A DNA stretch of 64,000 bases from the NCBI RefSeq assembly GCF_006345805.1, contig NC_042999.1:137826001-137890000 (forward strand), written 5' to 3'. The notes under the pieces were generated by a model. That model saw only the letters and a list, made by a program, of their open reading frames with translations. It searched no databases and had not been told where the DNA came from. A program made the position numbers and the translations under genes. This DNA is from Octopus sinensis. Its lineage: Eukaryota. Position 1 is the first letter of the stretch. Every line of letters begins with the position of its first letter. Below, piece by piece: positions 11,901 to 25,489 of the stretch.

Positions 11901-12539
11901 TGATGAGCTGTGAGGGCAAGACTTTTCCCACTGCTTCTGTTTAGCACTCACATCTCTCAGTCTTAAGGTAAACTTAACAAAAACAAATATTTTAGTTAAT
12001 AGCAAAGAACACAGGAGTCGACTATCACTTGGAAAGTGGCCATGCTCAGTTTGCTGAAATGATTTAGGTAAAAATTCCATATAGTATATTCAGTGCAAAT
12101 TATAAGTGTACTAGTGCAGTGGGATCACAATCATGTTGACAGAGGACATCATAACTTGAAGATGCAAAGAAGTAGTTATAACAGAATAAGCCATGAAATA
12201 AATTATTTCAAATGCTTGGAAGGCTCTTGTTCTGAAGCATTATAGCCAGAGCATGGGTGGAAGGTGTTCAGGGGATGATTATCTTTTGGTGCAAACAAAA
12301 TGATTCACCATGTATGAGGGGGATGACTGAATGGAGTGTGAAAGCTAGAAAGGAAGCGATATGTATCTTAGACGACATACAATATGTCAAGCGATCCATA
12401 CAGAAGGAATCTGCAGAAGAGGAAGGCTATGGACGTGGGAAGAGGTACTTGACTGATTTCAAGAGACTGAACTTCGAGGAGATGAACATGGAATGAAACG
12501 AGTGGTACAGGAGATTTCATCAAAATCATGCATATTTTC

Positions 12540-12875
12540 CAGGGCGACCTGCTGTGCTTGAGGAGACCTATTGAGTTAAGTACATCAACATCAAAATAAA
12601 AATCAAATGGAAATTGTAGTTGTGATACCAGTGCCAGTGACACGTAAAAAGCACCAACCGATCGTGGCCGTTGCCAGCCTCCTCTGGCCCCTGCGCTGGT
12701 GGCATGTAAAAAGCACCCACTACACTCACAGAGTAGTTGGCGTTAGGAAGGGCATCCAGCTGTAGAAACACTGCCAGATCAGACTGGAGCCTGGTGCAGC
12801 CTCCTGGCTTCCCAGACCCCGGTCGAACCGTCCAGCCCATGCTAGCATGGAAAACGGACGTTAAACGATGATGAC
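12540..12875 (+). mobile_element. Solo RTE 3' UTR (subfamily A)
   Basis: Nearly identical to 43095-43502; ends gttaaacgatgatga. Confidence 0.9.
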
Positions 12876-15863
12876 AAGTGAAACCAAACTCGCAATAAAT
12901 CTTGTCACGTTTTCGCACCAGACTTCTGGCACGTCTCATATAACTGTCACTGGAAGATAATTCCTTCGCAGTCAACAAAAGTAGGGATTTTCAAAACTTC
13001 CTTTATATATTTCATATTATAGGCAACAGTTCCCCAAACTGTAATTAAGAGATAACATATTATCCACAGTTATTTTTATGATATGTCTTTAAAATATATA
13101 ATAATACGATAACAACAGGTTCAATTCTTATAGCTGCTGCACACTGACAAACCAAGTTTGAAAGAAAAGATCTGCTATATGCAAAGAATTATGACCTTTA
13201 TACGATCAGGATTAAGTGGCGCTAATTAACATAAACTGCTAATTTCGATAACAAGCATGGTCTACAATTACTAAGCCCTGTACATTTAAATTGTTAATTC
13301 TTTTCGAGTTCGTCGAAAATTTTACACCTGTAAATATCTTATCCCTACAGCATATATTAAAAACATAGCGTGTATGACCGTTTCTATTTATATATAACAA
13401 GTTGGACAAAAAAGGCCTACATAGCTATCTAAAAATATCAATGCAGTAAAATAAATTATTTTCACTTTTCTAGAGTTTTCCATAAGAAAAACAAAAAGGA
13501 AACTTATTCTCTACACATAACTGAAATAAGCACACTATAATAATTTATATAGTTATATATATAACTAAACGGGTTACTATAAATGATGTCTTGATTACAT
13601 TAGTAAAATTAATTACTTTTCAAATCGGTCTAGTTAAGCAATCCGTCGTTTCCGGGTGTAATTTGCCATGATGTCATCGTATTTCTAAGTAGATAGACAG
13701 GTGTAGTTTTCACATTATGCTCTCAAGGTCACCATGGAATGACAACGAAAACTACGAAGAGTTGTGTGTGACAGAAAAGTTGCGAGAAACCGTGATATCC
13801 CATTCCCGAGGATACAATGAGTGTAAATGAATTGGTTACTACGGGGAAACGAAACCGTAACGTGAACATAATTCGCCGGTTGATTACCTATTATTGCTAC
13901 GCAACACTCGCTTCATAAATATTAAAATTTCAATCAAGTCAAACAGCTGCGCTGTATAAATAGGCCTGACAGAAAATGCAGAAAAGGCTTTCGAAATAGC
14001 TGTCACGAATAGAATTTTTCTTTTCGACATCTTATAGTATCCCACATTGCAAAACATTTGTATATCGGTTCTTAAAATTTTTTTTTCCAACAGTCTCAGC
14101 CAACTCTACCAGCTTCCACGATTAAATTTTTTCTTCTTTTTCGTTATTTTTCTTCATTTAATGGTGTTCCACAGTCTAAAACACATCTGATAGACTTGTA
14201 AATTAATTTTTTTTTTTCAAAGAATCAATTTAAAAAAAAAAAAATTCCTACTCCCTCTCTATCTTTCATCTTGAAATTACCGGTACCATTTCAGTCTTGT
14301 TAAAAAATGGAATTTTGAAGAATATTTTTTTAATCTTTTGTTCCTACCACCATCCACTTTTTTGTGGAGGTCGGGGGAGGGTTCAAACTTCTGCCATTCT
14401 GTAGACAATTCTGTAGACAATTTTTTTTCTATACGACATGAAAATTAAATGACGATAAAAAAATTATTAAGACCTACCTATTTAACCAGTTCAAGTTCGA
14501 CATCAGCTGATAGTGAACTTGAACGACTTTTTTTCGATTACGATGTGGACAAGAAAAAAATGATTTCCCTGTCAACCCAAAGAAATATTTACTGAGAAAA
14601 CGTTGAGATAGAAATGAACATAAATTCCATGAAATTCTATTTTACATAACATTTTTTTCATTTCCCCACACAAGACAATAATAATAATAATAAAGATGCT
14701 TGCGACCACCTGTTTGTTGTTATGCACGAAGAGAAGAAAAAGCAAGAGATTTTTGTGGTCCCATTATACTTTTCTGCAATTAAAAGTATAATTTTTTGTA
14801 TTTCAAACAGCTGAAATTATCGTTTTATAGGTACTACTATCGAAAGTACTCCCTGCGAGAACATACTTCACAACGCTACAGAAATTCACATTTCTTCGTT
14901 TCCTTGGTGAGCTAGGGTTCATTACTTTCTTGTACGTGAGTCGAACCATCTTAATGGGTGGGGTGGGGGTCGTTAAAGTTCGCCATCAACTAATGGCGAA
15001 CTTTAACTGGTATGGTAATTCTTTTAATTTCATTAAATTAAATTTTTATGTCATGTTGAAGGCTTTTCAGAATGGCAAAAGTGTGGAAATAAAATGTACT
15101 TTTGGGGTGAAAAGAAAGATTAATTAACACATGGTAAATATTATTCTTAGCAGCAACCATTGCGCAGCTTGAATTCATTTACACTTTGTCATATAAAAAA
15201 AACGGTTCTACAGAAGATTGTAAAAATAGGTCGCTAGCGATGGTGGGAAAGATGTTAAAAAATGGAATTTTGAAGAAAAAATTATTTTTACCAAATATGG
15301 AAAGCTACATACGAAAGTCGCTATATTTATTTGCTTTAAATTAGGTATCAGTTTGTTTGGCGGCCGTGTAAGATACTTCTACTTTGGTATTGAGATTAGT
15401 TTATTTGGCATAAGTGATTGGGGGGGGGGGATATCAGCCGTCTTCGAGTAGTTTTAACTTTTTGGAAAGAAGGGACGTAACTCAACGGGAGCATAACGCT
15501 GCTGCATTTTACATTACAAAAATTCTAGGATCTAAGAAAAAATTATTCTACAGAAGAAAATATCTTTTAGGAGGTAAAATTATTACGAGAATGTTCGTTA
15601 TTCAATACTTTCTTTCAGTGTTAGATGTACTATATTTGAACATTTTCAAAACGGTGCTGGATTTGCCCTTTACTCAAGGGTGCTAAGATTGTCTTCCGAA
15701 AAAATGTATATAATCAACAAGCCATGTCTTCATATTTTTGTATGAAAGACAAGTATTCGCTAATAAAAGTCCATCAATGGGGCCCGTGATGCACAATTAC
15801 ACCACAAGAATACCTGATTCGTTTTTGTAACGTAAAATAAGGCCATTTTTCAAAAGAAGCGAG

Positions 15864-16049
15864 GGTACTATTTAAGAAGAGTGGTCCTGGTGCGCACATC
15901 CGCGCTAGCTAGTCGTGACTAGTCGATCTTTACTTTATGTTTTTGTTTTAAAAAATTATTTACTTTGCTAGGTAGTCGTTGTAGGATCGACTAGTCACGA
16001 CTAGTAAGCGCGAGTGCGCGCACCGGGACCACTCTTCTTAAATAGTACC
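15864..16049. mobile_element. Merlin-type MITE
   Basis: TIRs GGTACTATTTAAGAAGAGTGGTCC(T/C)GGTGCGC; perfect 8-bp TSD GAAGCGAG at 15856-15863 and 16050-16057. GG termini with an 8-bp TSD are Merlin hallmarks. Confidence 0.85.
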
Positions 16050-19000
16050 GAAGCGAGTAGGAAATTGGTTTGTGGATTGGGTTCAATCTCAGCAACAATT
16101 CGTTTGTTTGGCACCGGCCGGCATTTTTCTCGGTACCCCCCCCATCCCCAAATACTATCCGGCTCTCTTTTTACTTAACTGTCAATCACAACGAACTGGC
16201 TTCAATATTCTTCCAGTCCAAGAAGGTTAAATAACTTTTTAAATGAGAGAAATTAATCCTCTTTTTTCATCGCAGCCGGAGATTAAATTAGAGAAAAAGG
16301 GAAAATGCCATTCATCGAATATTACGAGTGCATTGAAACGTTAAAAAAATAGAATTTGTTCTCAACCACCAAGAACTCATACGTTTTCTTATTTGGACTT
16401 GTGCTAGTTAGTCAAGATCTTAGTCCCCTATGCCTTAATCTGTATTTCTCTTAGTCTGAAGTTCCATTCAAGACTGAATCCTGAAGAGAAATTAGTGATC
16501 CAATCTCTTCTTCACACTTGTTGCTGGACAAGGTTCTAACCTTGATTTTCTTCTCTTTTTTTTTTCCATTTTATAATCTTACTCACCGAGTCAAAAGCCC
16601 CTTCCAAGTATGTACTACACATTGTGTGGTAAATACAAATGTTCTTACAGAACAGTAATAGCACCCTTAGTATTTTCAGTGAACGCATGGGTGAACTGGT
16701 TAAACCTTTCAGCAGCGATTTGAGATACTCGAATCCGTCTATCAGGATCGCAAAGACTTATTCTTCGACTGTTCTTCATCTTTATATGCATAAACATATC
16801 ATTTGAGATGCAAAGAACGGCACTCTTCGTGACAATTGGCTGTCGGATTGCGACAACGAACATCATTGCACAGATCAGAGTGCAGTATATGGAAATACAA
16901 GAGAAGGTGGTGGGCTTTGTATTATGCTATTAATCGGTGAGCATTTTGTTTATCCTGTCACTGAAGACACATTTAAAAGGCTGATTCGAACCACAAAGGG
17001 GGCATTTCGCAGCATACTGATTAAGTCTCATGATAAAAGGATTCCAGTATCTTGCTGCTACAACAATAGTAATCACAAAGATTAAATTTTGCAAAGAACC
17101 AAAGAAGAATATTTCAAAATATGCATATTCAACAAATTTTTTAAGAGAACAATGTTTATATAAAACATTTGATAATATTTATCCAATGTCGCAGTGATTA
17201 CTTTAGATTGAGTTGTTTCTTTTAATATCTATTCATATTTTGACTTCTTTCTGTAAAGATGTCAAAACAAAAATTTCTGCACAAACTTTCGAAGAGTCTG
17301 GATAGACATTAAAAGCATTTGAAACGTTATTTGTTGCTTTAGAAAATTTAATGACGTTCGTGTCCAATATTTTTTAATATCTTCTTTTATATTAATTTTG
17401 TTATGTAAAGAATAAATTCAAAGACTAATATCAGTTCAATTTTCCTTCTGTAAAAGAAAAAGTTACCAATCTGTGGTTTAGTACTAAAAAGTGGGGAATT
17501 AAGTAACAGGGATAAGGAATTTCTTGAGTTTATGCTGAAATTGACCCAGTCAGTTGGTATTTAGCCTTGGGGTGGCCGTTCCATCTTCATTGCATAATTT
17601 CACTATTCCATTCTTTCATGTGTTGATTGTCCCATCTATGTTTAGCCCCTTGTGGGTAATAAATAAATCAGTTGGTATTTAGCCTTGAGTTACTCCTCTG
17701 GGCATTATTATACTTTAGATCATTTTTCCTAATTTAATCTTCCGTCACAAAGAAATTGGTATCATCTCTCATTTTAATAAATTATTTTACCCGGATAGGG
17801 CGATATAAGACCTCTTCAGACAAAAACAAATTGTATCTCATAGTGGTTGGTAATTAAATAATGGATTTGATATTCGCTTTTTTTTTTTTCTTCATTTACC
17901 GAAAAAAAACCGATAGGTTCCAAACAAGCAAATTAGTGCCAAGATGGAACCCAGTTCACAATTATAACCGAGTGTAAGCTAAAATTTTGCTCTCTCCTTT
18001 CAGGATATTGAATTTATCTTGATTTTAAAAATGAATTAAATAAGCGGTACAATAGTCTCGTTGATTGATTACTAAAAATATAGATACAATGGCTTTTTGA
18101 ATGTCTTTTTTATTGGAAGACAACACTTGACTTTTGACTAAAAGCAAAATCCTACACTGTGTTAGAATTTTTTAGCTATAATGAATCTAAAACTACATTA
18201 ATGTATTTTCCCTTTTGTAAAGTCTCTAGGGTAGATATAAGCTATAAAGCAGGTCAATTGACAATGTTAGATTCTCATTGGATCGAGAAGGATTTTGTTT
18301 TTACAGTATTGAAGAATCAAAGAATTGGATGAACATTCTCGTAATAATTTCTATTATTTTACCTCATAAAAAATGTAATAATTTGTTTTATTTCATTTCA
18401 CCCAAGAAAGTAAATGCAAAACGTTCTAAACGAGTTATGTCCCCTCACCCTAAAGGGAAAACTTAAACTGACAGTTGTCCGGTCGCATACCCACCCAAAT
18501 CCTTTAAGCAACAAAATCTAAACGCAACACTTGGAAAGAAATCTTATGCAGCTTTACATTGTTAGTTGACTCTACATATAAATAAAATTCATTATATATA
18601 AATCATAAGAAGTTGTATGTATTTAATCTAATCACAGTTACAAACATTTCTATATAGAAAAAAAAAAGGAAAGTATGATGCAATGAAAAAAAAAGGAATA
18701 TATTTTTTACTGTACATGCGTATCAAATCTATACATTCGTATCTGGTAACAAAAGAAAAGGTCAAAATCTACTAAGAACAATTCAGAAAAATTGAACCTA
18801 AAGTCCTCAAAAGTTCAAATCTTATATGTTTATGACAAAAGTATGAAACAGGCACCCTGTTCCTCACCGCAAAAAAAAAAAAATCACTTCAGATTTGTGT
18901 CTTCAACCGGGAATTGCAATTTTCCAAAAAAAATCTAATTTTTAGCACAGTCCTCCCCAAATGCTTTGTTTGTAAGAAAAAATATTCTTCTTTTAGGGGA

Positions 19001-21277
19001 ATTCTTTATATTTAAAAATACGAAGATTACGTTTATTCTGAATTCTTTTTATTCTCAAGATTTCACTTATTTTAATGCTCATAGCTTACAATAATATTCC
19101 TTTCATTCTTTAATTTTAAACAAAAAGAATGTTGAAACGCAATTTATCGAGAGTATTTTTTAATAAAGAGGAATTTTGCTATAAAATTACTCAACTTATA
19201 AAGTTGGGGGGTGTAAGTTAAAAGAATCGGAAGTGACATCTGAAGAATCTAGTAGAGCTTTCTTTGTCTTTAAATTGTTTAACGTGAATTTTTAAGTTTA
19301 CCAGATAATTAAAGCGAAGTACAAAATATTTAATGCCTAAAATGAAAGAAAGAGTTTACTTTCAAGTAGAAATAAAATGCAGTACGCTTGCCTTCATGCT
19401 TCTCAACTGATATAAATTCATTTAAACAAAGTTGTGCAATGCTATAAGAAAATACCATATCTCAGTTAAAAAATGAAAATTTTTAATCTTCTGTTTTCAA
19501 TTCTTAAATGAACCACATCAAATATTATGCTGAAATACTATCGTTGGTAATATCTTCTATTAAGCAATATGAGAAAAGTCATTACGTTGTTGCTCGATCT
19601 GCTAGTAATGGCAGCCAAATAACTTCTCATCATACTGCCGTCTTAAAAAATAGGACACGTTAGACTAGATGAAATTCTAGATATACAGAAAGTCAAGTCT
19701 TAATTTGAACACCCTCGATCAAGGCTGACCAGTGGCTAAACAACAATCTCGACGTTTAATGTAGGTAAAATGGCTGTCTGAGAAGATATTTTTCCTGATT
19801 GTAAACTAAATATTTCAGGTTATTGATCTGGCTTCTTAAAAGAATGAGTCTTGCTAATAAAGATTGTAATCTTACCAATACTTCTTTAATGATACACATT
19901 TGTATTCAATGGTACTACGGTTGCGGCCGTTGTTCAACCACTGGTCAAACTCGATCGAGCATAATGAGCAAAAGCATTCCAACCGTGGCCATCCTGTTAT
20001 TTTCTTATGTTCAAGGAACTTAGGTCCATATTATTCAAAGTATGCTTGTTAGGATGTGATTTGATGGAAAATTGACAGTTGTGTCCACCAATAGGTAACA
20101 TTATTTACGAACTAGGTAACAACACTGATGCCTAACACCGTGCAAAGTGCAGTATGTGATCTTAATGACGAAGTTTCTAAGACAGAAGCAGATGAAATAG
20201 TATTCTAAACTCACAGCATATTATAAGTACTCCAAGCATTACACTATACTGTCCTATATTACATTGTGTTATACTTCGCCACTATATATTACCTTCAAAA
20301 AAATTATCCCAAAATCACATCCTACAGCCTTTAAAATGAGAACGTAATAGATATTGTAGTCTTATACACCCCTAAAAGATGAGATGATCATGACTGAAAT
20401 ACTTTTAATTGTATGTCTACTCTGTCAACATAGAGGGAAAGACATTGAGTTTCGACGTATTCATGCTTGATCTGCTAACAATAACAAATTGCCCTCAAAT
20501 AATACACTACCACCTTCAAGAAATATTTCCGAACATAGGTAAAATAAATGGATAGTCATAAATAGGAAGACCTTCAAGAGAAGAAGTGTTCGTTCAAAAC
20601 TGACTCAAATTAAACAATCACCTCAATATTTACGAACACGATAATTATGACGATTTCCCTTTCAGAATGAAGACAAATATTTAGTGTATTTTTCATAAGT
20701 GAATATAAAAGCAAAACATATCAGTAATTAATTCTTGAATAAAAACATAGTATGACATAAGCTTATCAATATATTTTATTTATCGAATAACAAATTGTTT
20801 TCAATTAGAAAACTACACAGTTCGTTAGTCAATAAAAGAAATGATAAGCTATATCTACCTGGTGTCACACCCAAAAATGGAAGGCTATATATATATATTC
20901 CTCCATACATTTGGCAGGAAAAAATTAGAAACGTCTAGAAAATCTTTAATGGTATTTCTGTTGGCATGGGTTGAACACTCCGTTTGTAATTAAAAAAATT
21001 TAACTGTGCAAATTGAAATATTATCATATTTACAACTAATAAATTTAGAATACCGGCGAAATACAAATTTCCATAATTCTCAAAGGAAAAAAGTTTACGA
21101 AGTGGGGAGAAAGCGCTATAGGAGTCATGAGACATAAGTGCTGATAACAATATAGCGTGGAACTGTTAAAGCAAAGAAAAAGAAGAGAAATTCAAAGTTA
21201 TGTGTGTGTGTACACGTTGGCAAAAGATAACCATCCCCAAGTATAACAATATATTTATGTGCGTGTGTGTCTGGAAT

Positions 21278-21559
21278 CCTGTGAGTCTGGTAGACAGAAA
21301 CTGAAAGAAGCCCGTCGTACATGAATGTGTGTTACTGTTCCCTTGCCTTGACATCGCGTGCTAGTCACTGGAATGTAAACGGTGTCATTCGCTTCGAATA
21401 TTCTGTGAAAAACATGTCTAGTCATAGAGACATATTACCTGATTTGGAAACAGGTGAGAGGTTGGCGACAGGAAAGGGCATCCGGCTGTAGAAAATCTAA
21501 CTCAACAAATTCCATTCAACCCATGCAAGCATTGAAAAATAGGCGTTAAAACAATGATG
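21278..21559 (+). mobile_element. 5'-truncated SINE with RTE-derived tail
   Basis: Core ggtagacagaaactgaaagaagcccgtc, then ggttggcgacaggaaagggcatccggctgtagaaa...cccatgcaagcat...gcgttaaaacaatgatg, matching the RTE 3' end. Confidence 0.75.
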
Positions 21560-21581
21560 TATGTATATATATATATATATA

Positions 21582-21948
21582 GGCGCAGGAGTGGCTGTGT
21601 GGTAAGTAGCTTGCTTACCAACCACATGATTCTGGGTTCATTCCCACTACGTGGCACCTCGGGCAAGTGTCTTCTTGGGCTGACCAAAGCATTGTGAGTG
21701 GATTTGGTAGACAGAAACTGAAAGAAGCCCGTCATATATATGTGTGTGTGTCTATGTTTGTCCCCCCAACATCACTTGACAACCGATGGTGGTGTGTTTA
21801 CGTCCCTGTAACTTAGCAGTTTGGCAAAGGAGACCGATAGAATAAGTACTAGGCTTCCAAAGAATAAGTCATGGGGTCAATTTGCTTGACTAAAGGCGGT
21901 GCTCCAGCATGGCTGTAGTCAAATGACTGAAACAAGTAAAAAAGAATA
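21582..21948 (+). mobile_element. Full-length tRNA-derived SINE with CR1-like tail
   Basis: A box tggctgtgtgg, B box ggttcattccc, shared core ggatttggtagacagaaactgaaagaagcccg, tail ggcggtgctccagcatggc...cagtcaaatgactgaaac. Confidence 0.85.
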
Positions 21949-22489
21949 CATAGTTTATATTTTAGAGACAGGTTTTCTCTACATAAAGAAACACTTCGAA
22001 GTGCTCAAGAGATTAAATGTATGTGTGTGCACACGTGTGTATGCGTGTATATGTCCAAGCGCTGAATCTTAAAGGCCACCTAAGAACAATCGTATGTGTA
22101 ACCAACCATGAAGAACAAATCAGCAGTACAAGAAATAAAATACCAATTCCTTTAAAACGGCAACCACTTTAACAGTACCAGAACCACCATCCCACTACAT
22201 CTACAAATTCAAAGCAGTTTGCCCACAAAACACCCTGATTAGCTCAGTGACTACTACTAAATTCAAGCCACAATAGAATGTTCTTGAAGCCAAGGATTTT
22301 AAACTTACTGAGACAATATTTACATATCAGCTGAGGTGACACAACTAGATCTCATAATGCAGGGAAACAGTTGCATAATCAAGTACCTGCACACCTGGAG
22401 AACTACATTGCATCGAAATAATTGTAGTGATTAAAAAGTAAATGTCCAACCATACCCCTTCTTGTTGATTTCAATTTTTTCAATTATAT

Positions 22490-22612
22490 ATGTATGTGTG
22501 TGTGTGTATGTATGTATATATATATGTGTGTGTGTGTATATATATATATATATAGATATATTTATATATAAAAATGTGTGTATATAGATACGTGTATATA
22601 TATATAGATGTA

Positions 22613-22652
<40 letters not shown>
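22490..22652. repeat. (TG)n/(TA)n microsatellite
   Basis: Seen directly. Confidence 0.9.
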
Positions 22653-22655
<3 letters not shown>

Positions 22656-22944
22656 GACACTTGCCCAACAAGTCATGCAGTGGGACTGAACCTGAAATCA
22701 CATGGTTGGGAAGCAAACTTTTTTCAACCAATACCTGCACTTAGCTGTGTCAAAATTCTGTTATTTCCTCTTAAACTCAGTTGTTATACATGTTTCTCCA
22801 CATTCCTTCTCATCTCTTTCATCTCAAAGGCTTCATACCAACCAGTTAACATTTTCTTGCTCATAACTGAATTTCTCTGCAACTTCCTTTCTCTTCATAT
22901 CTTCTGCCCTACTGCAAACTTATAAACATTTCACATTAATCTCC

Positions 22945-23258
22945 CTAAAAGACCCTCTTCAGTCATAAATGACCATGGGATTGCACTTACAAAGATACCT
23001 TCCGAGGTACAAGTCTGGACAAGGTTGTTTATGGAAGAACAGCAGTCACCCATACACACTAGCCTCTCCTCTCCACGTCACCAATGTTATCCAAGGGAAA
23101 GGCAAAGGCCGATACTGCTTGACAACAGTGACGTCACAACTCATTTCTACAGCTGAGTGAACTGGAATAACATGAAAAATACAGTGTCTTGCTCAAGAAT
23201 ATAACAGGCAGCCTGGTCCAGGAATCAAACTTTGCTCTAACCACTGAACCATGTACCT
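22945..23258 (-). mobile_element. tRNA-derived SINE with CORE-like segment
   Basis: Minus strand: ggtacatggttcagtggttagagc...ttgattcctgg head, then cttgagcaagacact...ccagttcactcagctgtagaaatgag (CORE/MIR-like). Confidence 0.65.
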
Positions 23259-23529
23259 TTATCTCACTAACAGCAAAATATAACCAGACAGTCATTGGCC
23301 TTCCTACTTGGACTAATGTGCTCATTGAACATTACTGTTTGAAGCCCTAGGACTCAGTCACTTACCCAGTTTCCATGGTGTATAAGTCGCTGAGATCACA
23401 TTTCCCTTCAACAAGATGCCAGTCTGTTACAGGGTTACTCATTCATAACTGAATGGACTGCAGCAACATAAAAGTGAAGTGTTTTACTCAAGACCCACAA
23501 CACACTGCCTGGTCAGGGAATTGAAACCA

Positions 23530-24613
23530 TGGGTGCACTGAAAGTGTAGCTGCTAGAATAAGAATAGCCTGGCTATGTTCAGAGAGCTCTTACCTCTGCT
23601 GGTGACAAAGGTAGACTACGACGCATGTGTACGAACAGCCATGCAACATGGCAGTGAAACATAAGCTGTGACTACTGAGGACATGCGTAAGCTCGCAAGG
23701 AATGAAGCCAGCATGCTCCAATGGATATGTAATGTCAGTGTGCATACTCGACAGAGTGTTAGTGTCTTGAGAGAAAAGTTGGACCTAAGAAGCATCAGAT
23801 GTGGTGTGCAAGAGAGACGACTGCGCTGGTATGGTCATGTGGCGAGAATGGATGTGGATAGCTGTGTGAAAAAGTGCCACACCCTAACGGTTGAGGGAAT
23901 CTGTGGAAGAGGTAGACCCAGGAAGACCTGGGATGAGGTGGTGAAGCATGACCTTCAAACATTGGGCCTCACCGAGGCAATGACTAGTGACCGGGACCTT
24001 TGGAAGTATGCTGTGCTTGAGAAGACTCGGCAAGCGCAAGTGAGACCATAACCTTGTGGCCTATGCCAGGGGTGTAACCAGTCCACTTATGTGTATCTTT
24101 CCTTCATTGGACACTAAACTCTGCTTGCAAGTGAAATCGAAATCAAAATCAAATTCGATGACTGGCATCTGTGCTGGTGAAGCGCTAAGAGTACCATACA
24201 AGTGAGATCGTTGCCAAAGTAACAAGCTGGCCTCCGTGCCGATGGCACGTAAAAGACACTATTTGAGCATGATCATTACTTGCATTGCCTTACCGGCACT
24301 TGTGCTGGTGGCACGTGAAAAAACCATTCAAGTAAGGTCGTTGCCAGTGCCGCTGGACTGACCCCTGTGTAGGTGGCACATAAAAAGCACCATTTGAGCG
24401 TGGCCATTGCCAGTGTCACTTGACTGGTCCTCCTGCCGGTGGCACGTAAAAGCACCTACTACACTCTCAGAGTGGTTGACGTTAGAAAGGGCGTCCAGCT
24501 GTAGAAACTCTGCCAGATGAGATTGGAGTCTGGTACAGCCATCTGGTTTGCCAGGCCTCAGTCAAATCATCCAACCCATGCTAGCAAAAGCAGACGTTAA
24601 ATGATGATGATGA
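23530..24613 (+). mobile_element. 5'-truncated RTE copy (C-terminus + subfamily-B 3' UTR)
   Basis: ORF 23668-24051 closely matches the young RTE C-terminus; UTR repeat units; (GAT)n tail. Confidence 0.92.
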
Positions 24614-25489
24614 TATATATATATATATATACGAACAAATCCACCCATCCTTTGGACGGTTTAAGTTACTTTGGTGGTATTTTTTTCACCAAATAATTGA
24701 ACTACTAAGAAAGTTTATGAGTAGCATACCAATGTATGTTTTCGCTTAACCTAGGAACCGAAAATGAAGTTGTAGGCTGGTTATTGTGGAGGTCGTTACA
24801 CTTAAATGATCATAGAACATAAGTTTACAAGCGATGCAAAGTAGAGCTACTGAAGTATTTTGGGAGTAGATTACGGACAATGACTACAAAATATAGTTAT
24901 TTTATATGAAAGCGAAATTTCTTGCCAGAAACAGCCACATAAATAGTGAAATGAAATTGAAGGAAGATGTTGAAACTTCCTCTTTGCAAGTTTTTTTTTT
25001 TTTTCAACAGCAAAGGGAGCTATTTTTTCAGAAATGTAAGCTAACAAAAGTTCCTTTATTCTGTCTTTCCACATAGCCTGTGCATAAACTAACAGCGAAT
25101 GCTGCATAAAGTTAAATTGGTATGGAGCTTTCTGAAAGATGCATTTAGCTTTTGCTAGTAGAAGCAAAAATCGTATTTAAAGGTTGATTCTTTGGGACAA
25201 ATCATATATGATTGTTTTACAAAGGCAAGAATGACAATGCTAATGGACAGTGGAAATAAATAGACAAAATACTTTGACTTTTATCAAAAAAAAAAAGATT
25301 TGAAAAGAATGGAAGACCCTACATACATAAAACTATGTCCATTTACGTGGGAGCTCTGGGCAAAATGTTATAGTGCATGACCATCCTGGGGACATAAATA
25401 ATGTGCGTGTAAAGTTTGGTGAAAATTGGTTGAGAATTGTGGAAATGTATGTGTTAGTCATTATACACACATACTGTGATTATATATGT

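Noticed and set aside
12660-12720. CCAGCCTCCTCTGGC resembles the P3/L3 core of the HDV ribozyme
   Set aside because: I could not place a P1 partner in register, most units have TCGTCT rather than the TCC needed for P1.1, and HDV-like ribozymes in RTEs are at 5' ends. A descriptor search would settle it.
14299-15290. Direct repeat gttaaaaaatggaattttgaagaa at ~14299 and ~15254
   Set aside because: Probably fragments of an unclassified repeat; no termini, TSD or coding signal identified.
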